This document shows positions 59,867 to 64,000 of a stretch of 64,000 bases of DNA, piece by piece; position 1 is the stretch's first letter; each line of letters opens with the position of its first letter. The position numbers and the translations under genes were made by a program. The notes beneath the pieces are model-generated. The model searched no databases, was not told the DNA's origin, and saw only the letters and a program-made list of their open reading frames with translations. This stretch comes from Macrostomum lignano (taxonomy: Eukaryota): NCBI GenBank assembly GCA_002269645.1, contig NIVC01001988.1, positions 62,001-126,000 of the forward strand, in the 5' to 3' direction.

Positions 59867-61659
59867 ACAGGTAAAAAATACCATAGAAGATGAATTAAAA
59901 TATTTTAATTCATTAGGGCATAGTTAGGCCTATTTTACTTCTTAAAATGGTAGGCCTAAGTAGCTCATTTGCTATATCTTTATTTTTTGTTTCATTTCAT
60001 ATTTTCATTGAACTAATACAATATCAAAATATCCTTTATTGTCTATAATCTCTATAAAAATACAAGGCTTCCATTATAATAAATTCTTCTAGTATTATAA
60101 TTGTAATATTAGCTATAAGCATAGCTAAGAAAGATAAAACTTAATAGAAATATAAAAGTATTAGTAATATAAAAACATTGTACAAAATTATTAGGCCTAT
60201 AACTTTGTCTTTGACTTACTTTCAAAAATGAATTTTTTATGGCTTTATGTAAACCCTATCAATTATATCAATGAAAAATAATGTTTTAAAGCAGTCTTGG
60301 CATGGCTATCCAAGTTGGCAAAATTAGTTAGAGGCCATTAAAAAATAGACTAGTTTCAAAGCTCTCATTCTTTATAAAAGCAAAAAGAATACAATAAAAT
60401 GCATTTGTACTTTTTGGACTATTGAGATAGAGGTGGAGAAAAGAAAATTAAAACTTGGGGGTTTTAAAAATTGGCCAATTGCATTTGTACAAACAAATCT
60501 AAAAAAATCGTACAGACAAATTGCAACAAAATTCTTTATCCTATTTTACTCCAACTGCCAGGGTCCTCAAATTCCAGGAAGAGGGTAGTTGTAGGGGCCT
60601 AATTGTAGGCGAGCAGTCTTTTAGTGTCACAGTCGTTCAAATGGTAGACACCAGAGATTCTAACACTATAAATTAATGTGTTAATTTGTTGAGCTATTTA
60701 CTTTTAGTAGGGTAGAGCTGCTACCACTGTAATTCTCGTATTATGGAATGAATTTAATCTCAAAGCTTCTTTGAATTGAGAGCTTTTGTAGTTTTATGCC
60801 CATAGGCAAATGACTCAAGATGTTCTATGGCTTAATGATCAACAAAGAATTGACTAGTGTTACTTCTAATTATTATTTATCATACATATGCAACCCCCCT
60901 GATTTACACTGGCCATGTAACTTACTTTTCGACCAAAAATGCAACTTACCTATGAAAGAAACCCTAAAGCAAAATTAATGCAATTTTGGGCAAATGGCAG
61001 GAATAACTATAACTGTTTTACAAGGGCTAAATGCCTTATCATCTAATTAGTACTATGTCTGTATTCTTTGGGATGGGCAAAACAAAAAAAGAAGGGGAAA
61101 GAAGGGAAAAAGGCATGAAGTAAAATGAGCAGAACTGGCCATATTTAAATGATACAAATTATCATTTCCAGCAATTGGGGCCTTGGTTGGCCAGACACAC
61201 AGATCAAGCAATGGTCAATGGGTTGGACATGCAAGGAAACATTATAGAACAAAATAAGAATTGATTATAACCAAATGGGGGGCTTATAAAATCCAAACAC
61301 TAGGAAGTAACTGCCAATATCTGGACCAGGCTTGAGGCCAACAAAAGGGATGAGGTCATGAGACAAACCTTGGTTGAGCATGCAAAAAGAATTTAAATTA
61401 CAAAATTTTTAATTAAAAAAAAGTTAAAAAAATAATTCACTGCAGCAACCCCACTGCCACATGCATGGGGGTGCCCTAAAAAATAAAATGTTATCCAAAC
61501 CCCTTTGCTTTTCACAAATCAGTGGCCTTGGCTGGTTGAAGCGCATCCACTGCAGCCAGACAGGTGGCTGCCGCGGGTGGTGCTGCCATCTCGCTGCAGG
61601 CAAGCGGGCTCCCAGTTGGCATCGCCATTCTGCTGCTGCTGGGCAGGCTCAGTGGCCTG

Positions 61660-63745
61660 GTTTGCAGTAGGAGGTGAGCTGGCGACTTGTACGCAATGTA
61701 GTAGCTGATCCAACCTTGGCAAATATCGGCCCTATATTCAATTTTCAGTTCTTTGTGCACCTTTCCTGCACCTTCGCAATGGTGAGGTCTTGGCCCATGT
61801 GTCTGCAGTAGGGCAAAACATGCAGGTCAATGAACACGGAGGTGTTGAGACTCTTTGGCAGGATGATCCTTGCTTTCTCCTCCTCGCCAACATTGTCGAG
61901 ATAGATGACTAATAGTCCATTGTCTTGGACTTCAAGCTGCTTGTAGAATACTAAAAGATTTTGCTCATCTCTTGTCATGTTTAAATGCTGATTTAGCGGC
62001 GGTTTTGGCTGTCAACCTTTGATTATGTTGATCATCATGGCGATAGCAGAGTCAGCACATTGATAGGTCTGGAGCTCCTTGGGATGTGATCTGGCAGATT
62101 CAATGTTTGGCGTCTGTTGGTAGAATTAGTTGGCATGGCTTTGGCTGTGGCGGCATGGTTTGGGGTCTGGAGCTCCTTCCGCATGATCTCTACTCTGACT
62201 GATTGCCAGGTTGTTAAAGAATTTGAAAGCCAATCTTTATTGGTTGCTATGGCATCACTGTCAGTAAAATTAGATTTGTTAGCAGATGAGAATGAGACAG
62301 CAGAGCTGTTAGTGTCGATGTTAAATCTCACTCTTTTATTGAACACTAGATGGCGAGTGGGTTGGCAGCAGTCATCGCTGGCTGCACTGTGGTCGTGGTC
62401 CTTGTTGCCTTCAGCAAGTAGATGGTCGCTCTTTAAAAGGCAACATGTCGTGCTACTAAAGCTGGTGGGCAACCTCTGCAAGTCCCTCCAAGTCAGCAGC
62501 TTGTTGTCACCTTGCAGTGTTTCTGGCGGCATAGCCTCGCCATTGGACTCTGTTGGCTTTGTCGGCAACCTTTGTCAATTCTGGCGGGTTGGTTGCTTCT
62601 TGCTTAGTAGAGGGCTCAGGTGGCTGCTGTTGTCACCTTCAGTGCCGCTGCGCCAGTTATTGTGGCTGTCTGCTTACTTTTCTTCTCCTCAGCTGCCTCA
62701 CACTAAGCCTCCTCCATGTATTTGGTGTCATCCTTGGGCCATCTCAAGAGACCATCGGCATTCTGATGCTGACTTGACTTTCAGTGCTAGATCTCGAACT
62801 TGAATTCACTGAGGCGCTATACCCATCGTCCAAAGATGCCTACTTGTTGAGTTCGTCTTAAGATCTAGGCTAATGCAGCATGATCAGTTCGGCAGATGAA
62901 CTTCTTGGCCAGTTCGCCAGTAGGTATAATTGGAAGTGTCGTATCCCATCTATAGCTACTAAGAGTTGCTGTTTAATAATCAAAAGATAATAAATAAAAT
63001 TATGGTTTTATAGACAGAAATGAGCATGAATTTATAGTAATAATATTGAATAAATATGAGTATTTACAGAGCAAGAGTGTATTGTTGCATGTCATAAGTG
63101 CGAAAACCTATTGCCAATTGCTATAGTATAATGTGTTCACGTAGAATTAGAATAAAGGTTATAAATTATGTTACTCAAAGGCATGCCTTAGCATGGCCTT
63201 TCGCCACATTTTTAGGGTGACCATTGGTTAGTATAGGACTTGAAGTGATATGTAGCCTATATCTTCTGTCCTGTTGAGGATAGTGAGATAGGCTGTCACG
63301 TCGGTGGTGATTGTAGTGTCCACCATGATGTTACGGCCCATTTCTAGCAGTCTGTTATAGAAGACCATATGGCATAAGGTCATGGGCCATGTTTGGATGG
63401 CCCACACCAGGTCAGCTGTGAACATTGTGGCTATCTGTTCCGTGTGGAGCTGGGTTTCTGGAATGACTGGTAGTCTACTTGTGTAGTCTAGCATGGTGGT
63501 TGTCATTGCCCAACCACACTATAGGCAATGGCGAATGTCGCAGTGTGCAATTGTTTTGGCACAAGAAATGCAACTCCAATGGCCCTGGGTGCACAATTGG
63601 AGTTGGGGAAGGTTGCCACAAATGATACACCACACCCTGTCTTGTCAACCAAGTGGACATTGTTTAAGTTCTTCTCTTTTACCACAATCATTGTAGACCA
63701 GGTGACCCCATGCACATGTAGGCACCATGTATAGCTTGGCATCAA
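61660..63745 (-). mobile_element. Decayed Ty3/Gypsy pol (protease-like, RNase H and integrase zinc-binding remnants)
   Basis: Protease-like HLVDKTGCGVSFV (about 63640). RNase H LLVAIDGIRHFQLYLL/KKFICRTDHAAL...GRW..RLSEFKFEI.H...HQNADGLLR (62720-62960, many stops). Integrase H-x4-H motif DLHVLPYCRHMGQDLTIAKVQER (about 61760-61850). RT is not seen. Confidence 0.72.
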
Positions 63746-63870
63746 GGCATATTTTGCAGTCTTCTATATCTGTGGGCAAGATATTAATCATTTTCTGAGT
63801 TGCAACTAATATATTGATAAAATTCTTGGGGTGGTAATATGCATGCTTGGGCGCAACCTAGGGATTTACC

Positions 63871-63986
63871 CGGCCGTTTCTATTGGCAACACACACATAT
63901 AAGTCGCTATTGGACGGAATAGTAGTCACGTGACTGCTCTCAGCCAATAGCGACTTACATGTGTGTGTTGCCAATAGAAACGGCCG
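63871..63986. repeat. 116-bp near-perfect palindrome (MITE-like hairpin)
   Basis: CGGCCGTTTCTATTGGCAACACACACAT..TAAGTCGCTATTGG / AGTCACGTGACT centre / CCAATAGCGACTTA..ATGTGTGTGTTGCCAATAGAAACGGCCG. Weaker pairing continues to the window edge. Confidence 0.85.
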
Positions 63987-64000
63987 AGTGATTTCCAAGG

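Overview
Eukaryotic (animal) genomic DNA with GC-rich exons and introns packed with tandem repeats. The style suggests a rhabditophoran flatworm such as Macrostomum; this is an inference, not verified. I reconstructed seven protein-coding genes by hand, using GT-AG boundaries and phase checks. Minus strand: a SERGEF-like RCC1-repeat gene (runs off the left edge and is absent from the ORF track), TAF3 (split by an apparent 1-nt frameshift), NDUFAF2, NOL10 (4 exons) and an ARHGAP9/12/15/27-type PH-RhoGAP (4 exons). Plus strand: an intronless USP gene and an ERM/moesin gene (8 exons plus a candidate cassette exon). About 30 distinct mini- and microsatellite arrays fill introns and spacers, and they generate most of the long ORFs in the track. 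Mobile DNA: a Foldback/Mutator-like element (56857-59193) with modular inverted arms and a 9-bp TSD enclosing an internally deleted RTE LINE; a second foldback-like element with a nested 3.4-kb insertion; a tRNA-derived CORE-SINE with TSD; a hAT-type MITE; two palindromic MITE-like units; and a decayed Gypsy pol. The best leads are the foldback element carrying LINE cargo, the intron-specific minisatellites that abut and often contain splice signals or TF motifs, a stop-free minisatellite inside an RCC1 propeller, and possible operon/trans-splice organisation. No CRISPR, rRNA or true tRNA gene was seen.
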